Counted from the stretch's first letter, positions 28,619 through 38,523 are shown. The stretch is 64,000 nucleotides of DNA from an uncultured Bacillales bacterium (GCA_946641515.1 CAMPBT010000001.1:168512-232511), one strand, 5' to 3'. Made by a program: numbers and translations. The notes: a model not told the origin generated them from the letters alone.

Positions 28619-28930
28619 ATGAAAAAAGAAAACATTCAAATGAAACCTGTATCTTCTGATAAGAGAGCCTTAATTGAGAAAAGTGTTGTTGCAGTAATTT
28701 TTGCTGTAGTTTTATTTATTGTCTTTTTAGGATTTGCAAAAATCCTAGATTTATGGTCAGAAGGATTTAATTTCTTTTTACCTGCAATATCCTTATTACT
28801 TGCTTTAATTGGTGTTTTATCTTTTATTAGAAAGAAGACAACATTTGCTATTATTTATTGGGTAACAGCAGTATTAATTTTTGGATTCTTTATTGGGGTT
28901 CAAATTTACCGTGTAAATTACTGGAATTAG
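28619..28930 (+). CDS. Small hypothetical membrane protein (3 TM)
   Basis: 103-aa hydrophobic ORF with no recognisable motif. Confidence 0.4.
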   Translation: MKKENIQMKPVSSDKRALIEKSVVAVIFAVVLFIVFLGFAKILDLWSEGFNFFLPAISLLLALIGVLSFIRKKTTFAIIYWVTAVLIFGFFIGVQIYRVNYWN

Positions 28931-28997
28931 TAATTAAAAGTAATCTTATATATTGCTATTTTATTTATATCGTACTAATATAGAAATCGGACAAGGA

Positions 28998-29118
28998 AAC
29001 TTGTTCTTCAGGGTTATGTGAAATTCATTCCCGGAGGTATACCCCTCGAGCTCATAAGAGCATGAACCTGTGCAATTCAGGTGGCGACAGTAAAGGCTGG
29101 ATGAAAGAAGAGCAATAT
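28998..29118 (+). ncRNA. FMN riboswitch (RFN element) aptamer
   Basis: P1 UCUUC/GAAGA, then GGGUUAUGUGAAAUUCAUUCCCGGAGGUAUACCCCUCGAGCUCAUAAGAGCAUGAACCUGUGCAAUUCAGGUGGCGACAGUAAAGGCUGGAUGAAAGAAGAG. This matches the RFN consensus blocks (GUGAAAUUC, CCGGCGGUA, GCGAGC, GCCGACAGUnAAAGUCUGGAUGnnAGAAG). The GC content is locally elevated. Confidence 0.85.
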
Positions 29119-29186
29119 TTTTTATTTATTTAAGATATTTTCATCTTCTCCCTGAATTCATAAAGGAAGGAGTTTTTTTATTATTT
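29119..29186 (+). promoter_or_regulatory. FMN riboswitch expression platform (probable RBS/anti-sequester control)
   Basis: UCUUCUCCCUGAA is complementary to the aptamer 5' segment UUCAGGG, and the RBS AAGGAAGGAG lies 8 nt before ATG 29187. A U-rich tract runs from 29116 to 29135. Confidence 0.5.
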
Positions 29187-29954
29187 ATGAATTCAGCAAA
29201 AAAATTTAGAAGACCGGGAGAAATTATCTCTCGAATGGTCGTATTATCCATGTTAAGTGCAATTGGGTTTGTCCTTATGTCATTTGCCCAGTTCCCTTAT
29301 CCTGGGGCACCATGGCTTAAAATTGAAGTTAGTGAACTTACTACATTAATTGGCTTTGCTTTATATGGTTTACCAGGAGGAATTATTATTGCACTGATTA
29401 AAACTTTATTAGACATTTTAGTACATGGTTTAGTAGGACTTGGTATAGGAAACTTAACTGCAATTTTTGCTTCTTGTATCTTTATTCTTGGCTTATTCTT
29501 AACTAGCAGAATCTTTAGATGGTTTAATAAAGGATTAAAATGGAGAATTGTTAGTTACGTCTTTATTACATTATTACTTGCAATAGTATTAACTTTATTA
29601 AATGCATTATTTATTACACCGTCATATTTAACTGTATATGGTAGCAATCCTCATTTTTCAACTTGTTTTGATGAAGGTGCTATTCAAAGTGTTGTAGGTT
29701 ATATGACTAAATCAGATGCAAGTAAGGTTAATGGTTGGATTTATATTGGAACTATTTCTTCAATCTATTTACCTTTTAATTTAATGAAAGGTGTATTAGT
29801 TTGCTTAGTTTATGAAATTGTCTTTAATAGATTAATTTTCGTCTTTGCTAGACGTTCACCTTTAATGAGAAAATACTTCATTGGTGATTTAATTAAAGTC
29901 GGCGATAATGAAGATGATTTAGATTATTACGAAGACAAAGAAAATAATGATTAA
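29187..29954 (+). CDS. ribU: Putative riboflavin transporter (RibU/ECF S-component-like membrane protein) with an acidic C-terminal tail
   Basis: It lies immediately downstream of the FMN riboswitch. It is a 255-aa polytopic membrane protein whose tail (DNEDDLDYYEDKENND) is longer than canonical RibU (~190-210 aa). Confidence 0.55.
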   Translation: MNSAKKFRRPGEIISRMVVLSMLSAIGFVLMSFAQFPYPGAPWLKIEVSELTTLIGFALYGLPGGIIIALIKTLLDILVHGLVGLGIGNLTAIFASCIFILGLFLTSRIFRWFNKGLKWRIVSYVFITLLLAIVLTLLNALFITPSYLTVYGSNPHFSTCFDEGAIQSVVGYMTKSDASKVNGWIYIGTISSIYLPFNLMKGVLVCLVYEIVFNRLIFVFARRSPLMRKYFIGDLIKVGDNEDDLDYYEDKENND

Positions 29955-30049
29955 TTTTAAAAGCCTAATCTTATGATTAGGTTTTTCTTTTGCGACCTTT
30001 ATTAATGATTAAAAATTGGTATAATTGAATTAATATGGGTGGGCTTAAT

Positions 30050-32425
30050 ATGAAGAAATATGAAGATATAATTAGTAAGATGACACTTGAAGAAAAGTGC
30101 ACATATTATTTAGGTAATCGTTATTGGCAATTTAAAAAGATTAACGATTATCCTTTAATTACTTTAACTGATGGACCTAATGGTATTAGACGTATTTCTC
30201 CTATTACTGAAATTGAAGGTGATACTTTACCTGCGACTTCTTTTCCTAATGCGTGTTTAACTGCATGTTCTTTTGATAGAGATTTATTAAAGCTTGAAGG
30301 AAAGATGATTGCAAAAGAAGCTATTAGAAAGAAAGTTGACATAGTACTTGGCCCAGGTATTAATATTAAGCGTTCACCTTTATGTGGTAGAAATTTTGAA
30401 TATTTTAGTGAAGATCCTTTTTTAGCATCTGAACTTGGTATTTCTTATATTAATGGGGTTCAAGAAGAAGGGGTAGGAACTTCTTTAAAACATTTTGCCG
30501 CGAATTCTCAAGAATCATATCGACTTGTTAATGATTCTATTGTTGATGAAAGAGCATTACACGAAATTTATTTAAAAGGTTTTGAAAGATGTGTTAAGAA
30601 AGCTTCTCCTTCAACAATTATGGTTTCATATAATAAATTAAATGGAATTCATACTTGTGAAAACGAAGAATTAATTACTAATATCTTAAGAAAGAAATGG
30701 GGATTTAAAGGATTAACTATTTCTGACTGGGGAGCTGTCTTTGATCCTGTTGAATCTTTTAAAGCAGGGTTAGATGTAGAAATGCCAGGTACTGCTATCG
30801 GTAATGATGTTCTAGTAAAAGAATATTTATCTTCTCATCCTGAAGAAGTTTATAAATTAGATGAATTCTTAAATAGATATTTAGAAATTCATGAAAAATA
30901 TGCAAAAGAAAAAGTGAATACTTTTGATAAGGAAGAAAGCTTTATTACTTCTAGAAAAATTGCTTCTGAATCAATGGTATTACTTAAAAATGAAGGCTTA
31001 TTACCATTAAAAGAAGATGATAAGATTGCTTTAATTGGAGCTTTTGCGGATAAGCCTCGTTATCAAGGTGGAGGTTCTTCTAATGTCATACCTTCTTACA
31101 ATGATACCTTCTTACAAATCATGAAAGAAAACATTATTGATTTTACTTATGCAGAAGGCTATTCATTATTAAACGAAAAAGAAGATGATTTCTTAGAAGA
31201 AACTGCTATAAAAGCTTTAACTAATAAAGATAAAGTTGTTTTCTTTATGGGACTACCTCCTTATAAAGAATCAGAAGGCTTTGATAGAGATGATATGTTA
31301 ATTCCTCGTAATCAATTATCTTTATTAAATAAAATCTTAGAAATTAATAGAAATGTTATTGTTGTACTTCAAGTTGGTTCTCCTGTTGAACTTCCTTTCG
31401 TTAATAATGTTAAATCTATTTTACTTTCATATTTAACTGGTGAGATGAATGGCTCATCTATTTATGATGTTTTATTTAATAAAGTAAATCCTTCAGGACG
31501 ACTTGCGGAAACTTTCCCTCTTAAACTTGAAGATAATCCTTCTTATCCATATTATTTAAAGAATGATTATTTCAGTGAATACCGTGAATCTATTTTTGTA
31601 GGCTATAGATATTATTCATCTTTTAATCTTCCTGTTAGATATCCATTTGGACATGGTTTATCATATACAAGTTTTGAATATTCTGAACCAAGTATTAAAG
31701 AAGAAAAAGATAAAGTAATTATTTCTTTAAAAGTAAAGAATACTGGACCTTATGAAGGTAAAGAAGTAGTTCAAGTATATGTAAATAAAGATAAATCTAA
31801 TGTTCTTAGACCTAAAAAAGAATTAAAAGGATTTGATAAAGTTCTTCTTCTTCCAAATGAAGAAAAAGAAGTTAAGATTGTTATTGAAAAAGAAGATTTA
31901 AAATATTATTCAGTAACAAAACATGACTTTATTTTAGAAGAAGGAGAATATAATTTCTTTATTGCAAAGAATTGTAATGATGAATCAATGAAATTGTGTT
32001 TAAATATTGAAGGAGAAAAGGTTATTGAACCTTCTTATCCATCAATTTATTCTTCTTTTAATAGACCAGTTTCTAAAGAAGAATTTGAATTAGTTTATGG
32101 TAAAAAGATTAATACAAGTCATAAGATTAAACCATATACTATGGATACTACAATTGGAGAATTAAGAAAATCATTCCTTGGAAGTATCGTTTTTGGAATT
32201 GCTGAAAAAGAAGTTAAAAAACGTGCATCAGAAGAAATGAGAGATATGATTGTTGGATCTTATAACATGACTCCAATTAGATCCTCATCTATGGCAGGCT
32301 TTGAACTTACTAGAGAAAATGTCGAAGGAATTCTAGATATTTTCTCATGGCACGTCTTTAGAGGATTAAAAAAATTATTAAAGAAAGATTCAAAATCAAA
32401 GAAAGAAAAAAAAGAATGCAAATAA
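30050..32425 (+). CDS. Glycoside hydrolase family 3 protein (beta-glucosidase/beta-xylosidase-like) with a C-terminal Fn3-like domain
   Basis: The GH3 N-domain has the nucleophile region GFKGLTISDWGA and the (a/b)6 sandwich domain. The Fn3-like block is VVQVYVNKDKSNVLRPKKELKGFDKV. The start is probably ATG 30050 behind GGGTGGG. Confidence 0.85.
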   Translation: MKKYEDIISKMTLEEKCTYYLGNRYWQFKKINDYPLITLTDGPNGIRRISPITEIEGDTLPATSFPNACLTACSFDRDLLKLEGKMIAKEAIRKKVDIVLGPGINIKRSPLCGRNFEYFSEDPFLASELGISYINGVQEEGVGTSLKHFAANSQESYRLVNDSIVDERALHEIYLKGFERCVKKASPSTIMVSYNKLNGIHTCENEELITNILRKKWGFKGLTISDWGAVFDPVESFKAGLDVEMPGTAIGNDVLVKEYLSSHPEEVYKLDEFLNRYLEIHEKYAKEKVNTFDKEESFITSRKIASESMVLLKNEGLLPLKEDDKIALIGAFADKPRYQGGGSSNVIPSYNDTFLQIMKENIIDFTYAEGYSLLNEKEDDFLEETAIKALTNKDKVVFFMGLPPYKESEGFDRDDMLIPRNQLSLLNKILEINRNVIVVLQVGSPVELPFVNNVKSILLSYLTGEMNGSSIYDVLFNKVNPSGRLAETFPLKLEDNPSYPYYLKNDYFSEYRESIFVGYRYYSSFNLPVRYPFGHGLSYTSFEYSEPSIKEEKDKVIISLKVKNTGPYEGKEVVQVYVNKDKSNVLRPKKELKGFDKVLLLPNEEKEVKIVIEKEDLKYYSVTKHDFILEEGEYNFFIAKNCNDESMKLCLNIEGEKVIEPSYPSIYSSFNRPVSKEEFELVYGKKINTSHKIKPYTMDTTIGELRKSFLGSIVFGIAEKEVKKRASEEMRDMIVGSYNMTPIRSSSMAGFELTRENVEGILDIFSWHVFRGLKKLLKKDSKSKKEKKECK

Positions 32426-33075
32426 AAAATAACCATATTAAACTTATTATTTTTGATTTAGATGGAACATTACTTGATTCTTGTTCTATCTGGAAAAAAA
32501 TCGACGTCAATTTTTTTGGAAAAAGACATATTGATTATCCTTCCACTTATGGGGCAACTATTGCCCATATGGGGCTAGACCAAACTGCTAGATACACAAA
32601 AGCTACATTTAATTTAAAAGAATCTATTGAAGAGATAAAAAAAGAATGGATGGATGAAGCTCGTCATATGTATGAAGACGAAATTTTACTTAAAGATGGA
32701 GTTAGAGAATTCGTAGATAAATGTCATGAAGAAGGTTTACCAATGGTAGTTGCAACTGCCTGTGATGAATCTTGTTATTTACCTTGCTTAAAAAGAAATG
32801 GTATATATGATGATTTTAAGAACATTTTTGATACTCGTAATTATCCTTCTGGTAAACAAGATCCTAGAATCTATTTAGATATTGCAAAAAAATACAATTT
32901 ATCTCCAAATGAGATTGTTGTTTTTGAAGATATTGTTGTTGCCTTAAATACTGCAAAAAAAGCAGGATTTAATACTGTAGCAGTATATGAAGAAACTGCT
33001 TCAAAAGTGGATGACAACATTAAACATGAATTAAGTGATTTATACATTAATTCATTTTATGAATTATTAAATTAG
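32416..33075 (+). CDS. HAD-superfamily hydrolase (subfamily IA, sugar-phosphatase/beta-phosphoglucomutase-like)
   Basis: Motif I IIFDLDGTLLDS, a motif III lysine and the terminal DD. It overlaps the GH3 gene by 10 bp. Confidence 0.8.
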   Translation: MQIKNNHIKLIIFDLDGTLLDSCSIWKKIDVNFFGKRHIDYPSTYGATIAHMGLDQTARYTKATFNLKESIEEIKKEWMDEARHMYEDEILLKDGVREFVDKCHEEGLPMVVATACDESCYLPCLKRNGIYDDFKNIFDTRNYPSGKQDPRIYLDIAKKYNLSPNEIVVFEDIVVALNTAKKAGFNTVAVYEETASKVDDNIKHELSDLYINSFYELLN

Positions 33076-33140
33076 AAAATGTACTATTTTAATATTCTGT
33101 GTGCTAGAATTATTCTGTATGTAAAGGAGACATATTATAT

Positions 33141-34712
33141 ATGAAAAAACCTGTTTTATTAGTCATTATGGACGGTGTTGGTTTCTCTAAAACTGGACTT
33201 GGAGATGCTGTTAGCCTCGCTAATACTCCAACATTAGATGACATGTTAAAAACTTACCCAAACACAAGATTAAAAGCTCATGGACCTGCTGTTGGTTTAC
33301 CATCAGATGATGACATGGGTAACTCTGAAGTTGGTCACAATGCATTAGGCTGTGGTCAAATCTATTCTCAGGGTGCAAAACTTGTTAATGAATCAATTTC
33401 TTCAGGTAAAATGTTTGAATCAGAAGCTTGGAAAGAAGAAATTGAAAATGTAAAAAAACACAATTCAACATTACATTTTTTAGGCTTACTTTCAGATGGT
33501 AATGTCCACTCAAATATTTCTCACTTATTTGCAATGATCAAAGAAGCAAAGAAAGAAGGAGTTAAGAAAGTTAGAGTTCACATTCTTCTTGATGGCCGTG
33601 ATGTTCCAGCAACTTCAGCTTTAATTTATGTTGATGAACTTGAAAACTTAATTAAAGAATTAAATGGTGCAGATTTCGATATCAAGATTGCTTCTGGTGG
33701 TGGACGTATGAAAATTACTATGGACCGTTACCAAGCAAACTGGAAGATGGTTGAAGATGGATGGCACGCACATGTTCTTGGCGATGCTAAACCATATGCA
33801 TCTGCAAAAGAAGCTATTGAAGACTATCGTAAAACTTTAGGTGTTATTGACCAAGATTTACCATCATTTGTTATTGTAGAAAATGGTGAACCAGTAGGTA
33901 AGATTGTTGATAACGATTCAGTTATCTTATTCAACTTCCGTGGCGATAGAGCTATTGAAATTTCTATGGCTTTCGATGAAAAAGACTTCGATAAATTTGA
34001 TAGAGTTGTCTATCCAAATGTTTGCTATGCTGGCTTACTCCAATATGATGGAGACCTCAAATTACCAAAGAGATTCTTAGTTAACCCACCAGAAATCAGA
34101 CATACATTAACAGAACTCATGGTTGAACATGGTGTTAATGAATATGCTATTTCAGAAACTCAAAAATATGGTCACGTAACATATTTCTGGAATGGTAATA
34201 AATCTGGTAAGTTCTCAGAAGAACTCGAAACATATAAAGAAATTCCTTCAGACAACGTTTCATTTGATGAAAGACCTTGGATGAAGTGTGCAGAAATTAC
34301 TGATGAATTATTAATTCAGTTAAAATCTCACAAATTTGATTTCTTAAGAGTTAACTTCCCAAACGGCGATATGGTTGGTCATACAGGTAACTTAGATGCA
34401 ACTATCTGCTCAATGGAAGCTTTAGACTTAGCATTAACTAGACTTAGAAAAGCATGTAAAGAACTTGGCTATACTATGATTGTTACAGCAGATCATGGTA
34501 ACGCTGATGAAATGCTTGAAAAGAATAAGAAGGGTGAAATTCAAGTTAGAACTGCTCACTCATTAAACCCAGTACCATTCATTATTGTTGATGATGATAA
34601 TAAATATGAAATTGCTGAAGGTAACTTTGGTCTTGCTAACGTTGCACCAACAGTTGCAAAAATCTTTGGCTTTGATATCCCTGAATGCTGGGAAAAACCA
34701 ATTATTAAATAA
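33141..34712 (+). CDS. gpmI: 2,3-bisphosphoglycerate-independent phosphoglycerate mutase
   Basis: 523 aa with iPGM blocks (VLLVIMDGVG, MGNSEVGHNALG, TADHGNAD). Confidence 0.93.
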   Translation: MKKPVLLVIMDGVGFSKTGLGDAVSLANTPTLDDMLKTYPNTRLKAHGPAVGLPSDDDMGNSEVGHNALGCGQIYSQGAKLVNESISSGKMFESEAWKEEIENVKKHNSTLHFLGLLSDGNVHSNISHLFAMIKEAKKEGVKKVRVHILLDGRDVPATSALIYVDELENLIKELNGADFDIKIASGGGRMKITMDRYQANWKMVEDGWHAHVLGDAKPYASAKEAIEDYRKTLGVIDQDLPSFVIVENGEPVGKIVDNDSVILFNFRGDRAIEISMAFDEKDFDKFDRVVYPNVCYAGLLQYDGDLKLPKRFLVNPPEIRHTLTELMVEHGVNEYAISETQKYGHVTYFWNGNKSGKFSEELETYKEIPSDNVSFDERPWMKCAEITDELLIQLKSHKFDFLRVNFPNGDMVGHTGNLDATICSMEALDLALTRLRKACKELGYTMIVTADHGNADEMLEKNKKGEIQVRTAHSLNPVPFIIVDDDNKYEIAEGNFGLANVAPTVAKIFGFDIPECWEKPIIK

Positions 34713-34729
34713 TTATTTAATTAATTTTT

Positions 34730-34758
34730 AATCCTACTAGAAATAGTAGGATTTTTTC
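34730..34758 (+). terminator. Rho-independent terminator after gpmI
   Basis: AATCCTACT-AGAAAT-AGTAGGATT hairpin followed by TTTTT. Confidence 0.75.
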
Positions 34759-34812
34759 ATTCTCATATATTAGTATTTATAGTAAAATAGATTTAGATAT
34801 TGGGAGAAAAAA

Positions 34813-35004
34813 ATGGGTATAGAATTAATTATCTTAGGCATAGCATTTATTTTAGCAGGCATTGCTACTATCTTTGTGCTAGGAATTAAAAGAAAGAATT
34901 CTTTAGCGCTTACTAGTAATAACGTACCTAAATGGATTTTATTTTCTATTTTAACAATTATAGGAATAGTGATTTTAGTTTACGGAATTACTCAGCTAGT
35001 ATAA
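34813..35004 (+). CDS. Small hypothetical membrane protein (2 TM)
   Basis: 63-aa hydrophobic ORF with a GAGAAA RBS. Confidence 0.35.
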   Translation: MGIELIILGIAFILAGIATIFVLGIKRKNSLALTSNNVPKWILFSILTIIGIVILVYGITQLV

Positions 35005-35122
35005 AAAAGAATATTCTTATTAATATGATAGCTTAATATGATAAATCATATTAGTAGGAATTTTTTAATTCTTCCTTTCTTTAAGAAAGAAGTATCGATA
35101 TAATGGATACGAGGTAAAAAAT

Positions 35123-36325
35123 ATGCAAAAAGAACTTATTATGGTCCGCTTTGGTGAATTATCAACCAAAGGTAAAAATAAAATGACATTCATCAATAAA
35201 CTTGGTGAAAATATCCGTCACGCATTAAAATCTTTTGAAAACTTAAAAATTGAAGTTAAAAGAGATCACATTTATATTCACTTACATGGTGAAGATTATG
35301 ATGCAGTTGCTTCACGTTTAAAAGATGTTTCTGGCTTATTATCATTTTCATTAGTTTATAAAGTTGAAAATGACATTGAAAAGATGAAAGAGGCTACTTT
35401 AAAACTTTTAGAAGAAGAAGGCAAACATACTTTCAAGATGAAAGCAAAAAGAGCAGATAAAGTCTTCCCAATGGTTTCTGACGATATTAATAGAGCAATC
35501 GCTGGATATGTTTTAAAGAATTCTTCTTATAAAGTTGATGTTCATAATCCAGATGTTACTGTTTCTTTAACAGTTAGAAAAGATGAAACATATATCTACG
35601 TTAACCAAGTAATGGGTGCAGGAGGATATCCTTTAGGCATCGCTGGTAAAGGTATGATGATGATGAGTGGAGGTATTGATTCTCCAGTTGCTTGTTATAT
35701 GATGATGAAAAGAGGCGTTAAAATGGAATGTATCCACTTTGCAGCACCTCCATATACTAACCAAGCAGTTATTACTAAAATCACAGATTTATTAAAAGTC
35801 TTATCAAGATATCAAGGCCAAGTTAGGTTATTTGTTGTTCCATTTACTAAATTACAACTTGAAATCTATAGAGCTGCTCATGAAGAATACGCAATTACTA
35901 TCATGAGAAGAATGATGTATAGAATTGCTTCTAAAGTTGCAGAAAGAGAAAAATGCTTAGTAATCGCTAATGGTGAATCTATTGGCCAAGTTGCTTCTCA
36001 AACATTAAAATCAATGAAGGAAATTGAAAATGTTGCAACTTTACCAGTCATTAGACCACTTGCTTGTGCAGATAAGCTTGATATTATTAAAAAAGCTCAA
36101 GATATTGGTACATATGATATTTCAATTAGACCATTTGAAGACTGCTGTACAATCTTTGATCCAAAGAATCCTACAACTGCTCCTCAAGCAGAAAAGATTC
36201 AAAGAATTGAAGCAAGTTTTGATTGGCAAAGCTTAGTTGACGAATGCTGTGAAAATCTTGAAGTCATTAAAGTTGATGAAGATTATAACGAATTAAAAGA
36301 AGAAGGGGTAGACGAGTTCTTATAA
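35123..36325 (+). CDS. thiI: tRNA 4-thiouridine(8) synthase / thiamine biosynthesis protein ThiI
   Basis: N-terminal THUMP-like region and the PP-loop SGGIDSPVA. Length 400 aa. Confidence 0.9.
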   Translation: MQKELIMVRFGELSTKGKNKMTFINKLGENIRHALKSFENLKIEVKRDHIYIHLHGEDYDAVASRLKDVSGLLSFSLVYKVENDIEKMKEATLKLLEEEGKHTFKMKAKRADKVFPMVSDDINRAIAGYVLKNSSYKVDVHNPDVTVSLTVRKDETYIYVNQVMGAGGYPLGIAGKGMMMMSGGIDSPVACYMMMKRGVKMECIHFAAPPYTNQAVITKITDLLKVLSRYQGQVRLFVVPFTKLQLEIYRAAHEEYAITIMRRMMYRIASKVAEREKCLVIANGESIGQVASQTLKSMKEIENVATLPVIRPLACADKLDIIKKAQDIGTYDISIRPFEDCCTIFDPKNPTTAPQAEKIQRIEASFDWQSLVDECCENLEVIKVDEDYNELKEEGVDEFL

Positions 36326-36327
36326 TT

Positions 36328-36909
36328 ATGGCAAACAAAAAGAATCGAGTAAGAAATTTAAAAGACATTGAAAAATATGAAATTGAAAAGCCTAAAGAAT
36401 ATAAGGTTACAACAAAACATGTAATCATTATGGTTTTAGCCCTTTTAGCGCTTTGTTTAATTATTGCTTGTTCTTTATGCATTGCAAATACAAATAAATA
36501 TTCATCTTGGCAAAAAACTACTGCTAGTATGTTAAAAGATTCAACTTACAATACTAAAACAGGTGAATATGATAATGAATTATATTTCTTTTATGAAACT
36601 AAAGAATATAAAATATCATATTCAACCAATTACTCATATGGTAAAGCAAAAGAAACTAAATGGGTTTATGTAGATCCTCAAATTATTAAAAATACTTCTG
36701 AAAATAAAATTGATTCAGTTTTACTTGAAGGTACAGATCAATATATTGTTTATAATTATCTACGTATTCCTTCTATGGTAGTTCTTGGTGTAGTACTTGG
36801 AGGAGCTTTAGCTTCTGGAGTGTATTACGGATATATAGTTTATCAATCAAAAAGTGCTGCTAAGAAAGTTGAAGAAGAATTAAAGAATAATCAAGATGCT
36901 AAAAAATAG
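36328..36909 (+). CDS. Hypothetical membrane protein (TM / ~110-aa extracytoplasmic domain / TM, DUF3592-like topology)
   Basis: Topology only. It starts 3 bp after the thiI stop. Confidence 0.4.
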   Translation: MANKKNRVRNLKDIEKYEIEKPKEYKVTTKHVIIMVLALLALCLIIACSLCIANTNKYSSWQKTTASMLKDSTYNTKTGEYDNELYFFYETKEYKISYSTNYSYGKAKETKWVYVDPQIIKNTSENKIDSVLLEGTDQYIVYNYLRIPSMVVLGVVLGGALASGVYYGYIVYQSKSAAKKVEEELKNNQDAKK

Positions 36910-36940
36910 CATCTTTTTTTATACGTAAATTCAAAAGTAT

Positions 36941-36969
36941 AAAAAAAGAGATATACCGAAGTATATCTC
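36941..36969 (-). terminator. Terminator of the infC-rpmI-rplT operon (bidirectional hairpin)
   Basis: GAGATATAC-CGAA-GTATATCTC hairpin, with an A-run on the plus side that is a U-run for the minus-strand transcript. Confidence 0.7.
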
Positions 36970-36990
36970 TAATTCATCAAATTATGAAAC

Positions 36991-37347
36991 TTATTTTGCT
37001 AATGCTTTTTTAGCTGTTTCGACTAATTGTGCGAAACCTTTTTCATCAGTAATTGCCATTTCTGATAACATCTTTCTGTTAACGTTGATGCCTGCTAATT
37101 TTAAGCCGTGCATTAATGTTGAATAGTTGATGTCGAATTTTCTAACTGCAGCGTTGATTCTAACAATCCATAATTTTCTGTAGTCAGATTTTCTTGTTCT
37201 TCTTGATACATAAGCATAGTGAAGTGAGTGTAATACCTGTTCATTAGCTGTCTTGTATAAAGCGTGTTTTGAACCAAAGTAACCTTTAGCTTGTTTTAAA
37301 ACTTTCTTTCTTCTTGCGTGTGTAACTGTTCCACCTTTAACTCTCAT
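36991..37347 (-). CDS. rplT: 50S ribosomal protein L20
   Basis: 118 aa ([23 protein letters not shown]...). Confidence 0.95.
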   Translation of the reverse strand: MRVKGGTVTHARRKKVLKQAKGYFGSKHALYKTANEQVLHSLHYAYVSRRTRKSDYRKLWIVRINAAVRKFDINYSTLMHGLKLAGINVNRKMLSEMAITDEKGFAQLVETAKKALAK

Positions 37348-37365
37348 GGTACTTTCTCCTTCCTA

Positions 37366-37560
37366 TTACTTTGAAATTAAGAATCTTACTCTCTTGTAAT
37401 CTTGTTTTGAGAGAGTGTTTGGCATTCTTAAGTGTCTCTTTTGTTTTGTTGACTTATTGTGTGATAAGTGTGATACGTGTGAATGGAAAATTTTGACTTT
37501 ACCTGAGCCAGTAACTTTCATTCTTTTCATTAAAGCACGTTTTGATTTCATTTTTGGCAT
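37366..37560 (-). CDS. rpmI: 50S ribosomal protein L35
   Basis: 64 aa (MPKMKSKRALMKRMKVTGSGK...). Confidence 0.95.
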   Translation of the reverse strand: MPKMKSKRALMKRMKVTGSGKVKIFHSHVSHLSHNKSTKQKRHLRMPNTLSKQDYKRVRFLISK

Positions 37561-37573
37561 GATTTTGTTCCTC

Positions 37574-38134
37574 CTATTTCTTAAACTTTGATGCTAAAAC
37601 GGCAGTCAAGAGCTTGCCATCGAGGTTTGGTTTCTTTTCGACAATGCAGTTTTCTGCACAAGCCTCGATGAAGCGATTCATTACTTCATCACCTACTTCA
37701 GTATGTGATAACTGTCTTCCTCTGAATCTTAAGACAACTCTAATTTTGTCACCTGATAATAAATATTTATTAGCAAGTTTTGCTTTTGTTTCTAAGTCGT
37801 GCTGTCCGATTACTGGAGTTAATTGTACTTCCTTAACTTCAATTTCTTTAGCTCTTTGATTTTTCTTCATCTCTTTTTCTTTTTTCTGCTTATCAAACTT
37901 GTATTTACCATAGTTTAAGATTTTGCATACTGGTGGGTTTGCTTCTTTTGTGATGCAAACTAAGTCGAGAGAATAAGTTTGAGCGACCTGGATAGCTTTA
38001 AGTCTAGGCATGACACCGAGCTGTTCACCATCAGGACCAATAACTCTTACTGTCTGAAATGGAATTCTTTCGTTGATCAAATCGTCGTTCTTATTTTTTG
38101 GATTTGGTCTTTGGTTTGGTTGTACGTAGTTAAT
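37574..38134 (-). CDS. infC: Translation initiation factor IF-3, initiating at a non-canonical AUU codon
   Basis: The track starts at TTG 38080 (printed MINERIPF). The frame stays open upstream to an in-frame ATT at 38134 (and another at 38137), 7 nt after GGAGG (38146..38142). The extended N-terminus is IINYVQPNQRPNPKNKNDDLINERIPFQTVRVIG, matching the conserved IF3 N-terminal region and the conserved AUU start. Confidence 0.8.
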   Translation of the reverse strand: MNYVQPNQRPNPKNKNDDLINERIPFQTVRVIGPDGEQLGVMPRLKAIQVAQTYSLDLVCITKEANPPVCKILNYGKYKFDKQKKEKEMKKNQRAKEIEVKEVQLTPVIGQHDLETKAKLANKYLLSGDKIRVVLRFRGRQLSHTEVGDEVMNRFIEACAENCIVEKKPNLDGKLLTAVLASKFKK

Positions 38135-38149
38135 AATGAATCCTCCTGT

Positions 38150-38315
38150 AGAAATAAAAATGGGTTACAGAATCCTGCACCCATTAATTAGTCATATATA
38201 AGGTAAGTGACTGATTACCAACTTGATTAAATCAGGTCTGGTGAGAAACGGGTGTTTCTTCTTTCCACAAATTTATTTGCATAGTTATAATACTAGTTAC
38301 ATTTATGTAAGTCAA
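38150..38315 (-). promoter_or_regulatory. infC operon promoter and leader with an intrinsic terminator (probable L20-mediated attenuator)
   Basis: Read on the minus strand. The -35 TTGACT (38315..38310), a 17-nt spacer and the -10 TATTAT (38292..38287) are present. The leader hairpin GGGUGCAG-GAUU-CUGUAACCC plus AUUUUUAU lies at about 38150..38185, just upstream of the SD. Confidence 0.5.
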
Positions 38316-38488
38316 CTATTTTTCTAAAATAATTAATTTTCTTATATATAAAGATATATAGACGAGTAACTTTATAACTTACTGCATAGATATTTTATAT
38401 AAAATGATGGTAAAAACAAATAAAAAAATTAATATTTCTTAATTAATTATATTAATTAATAACTTGTATCATAGAAATGTATTTAGTA

Positions 38489-38517
38489 TTGTCAAAAAGT
38501 TTACTCAATGATAAAAT
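38489..38517 (+). promoter_or_regulatory. tkt promoter (-35 TTGTCA, 17-nt spacer, -10 TAAAAT)
   Basis: Direct reading. The predicted TSS is near 38524 and leaves a ~180-nt leader. Confidence 0.45.
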
Positions 38518-38523
38518 AGTTGT

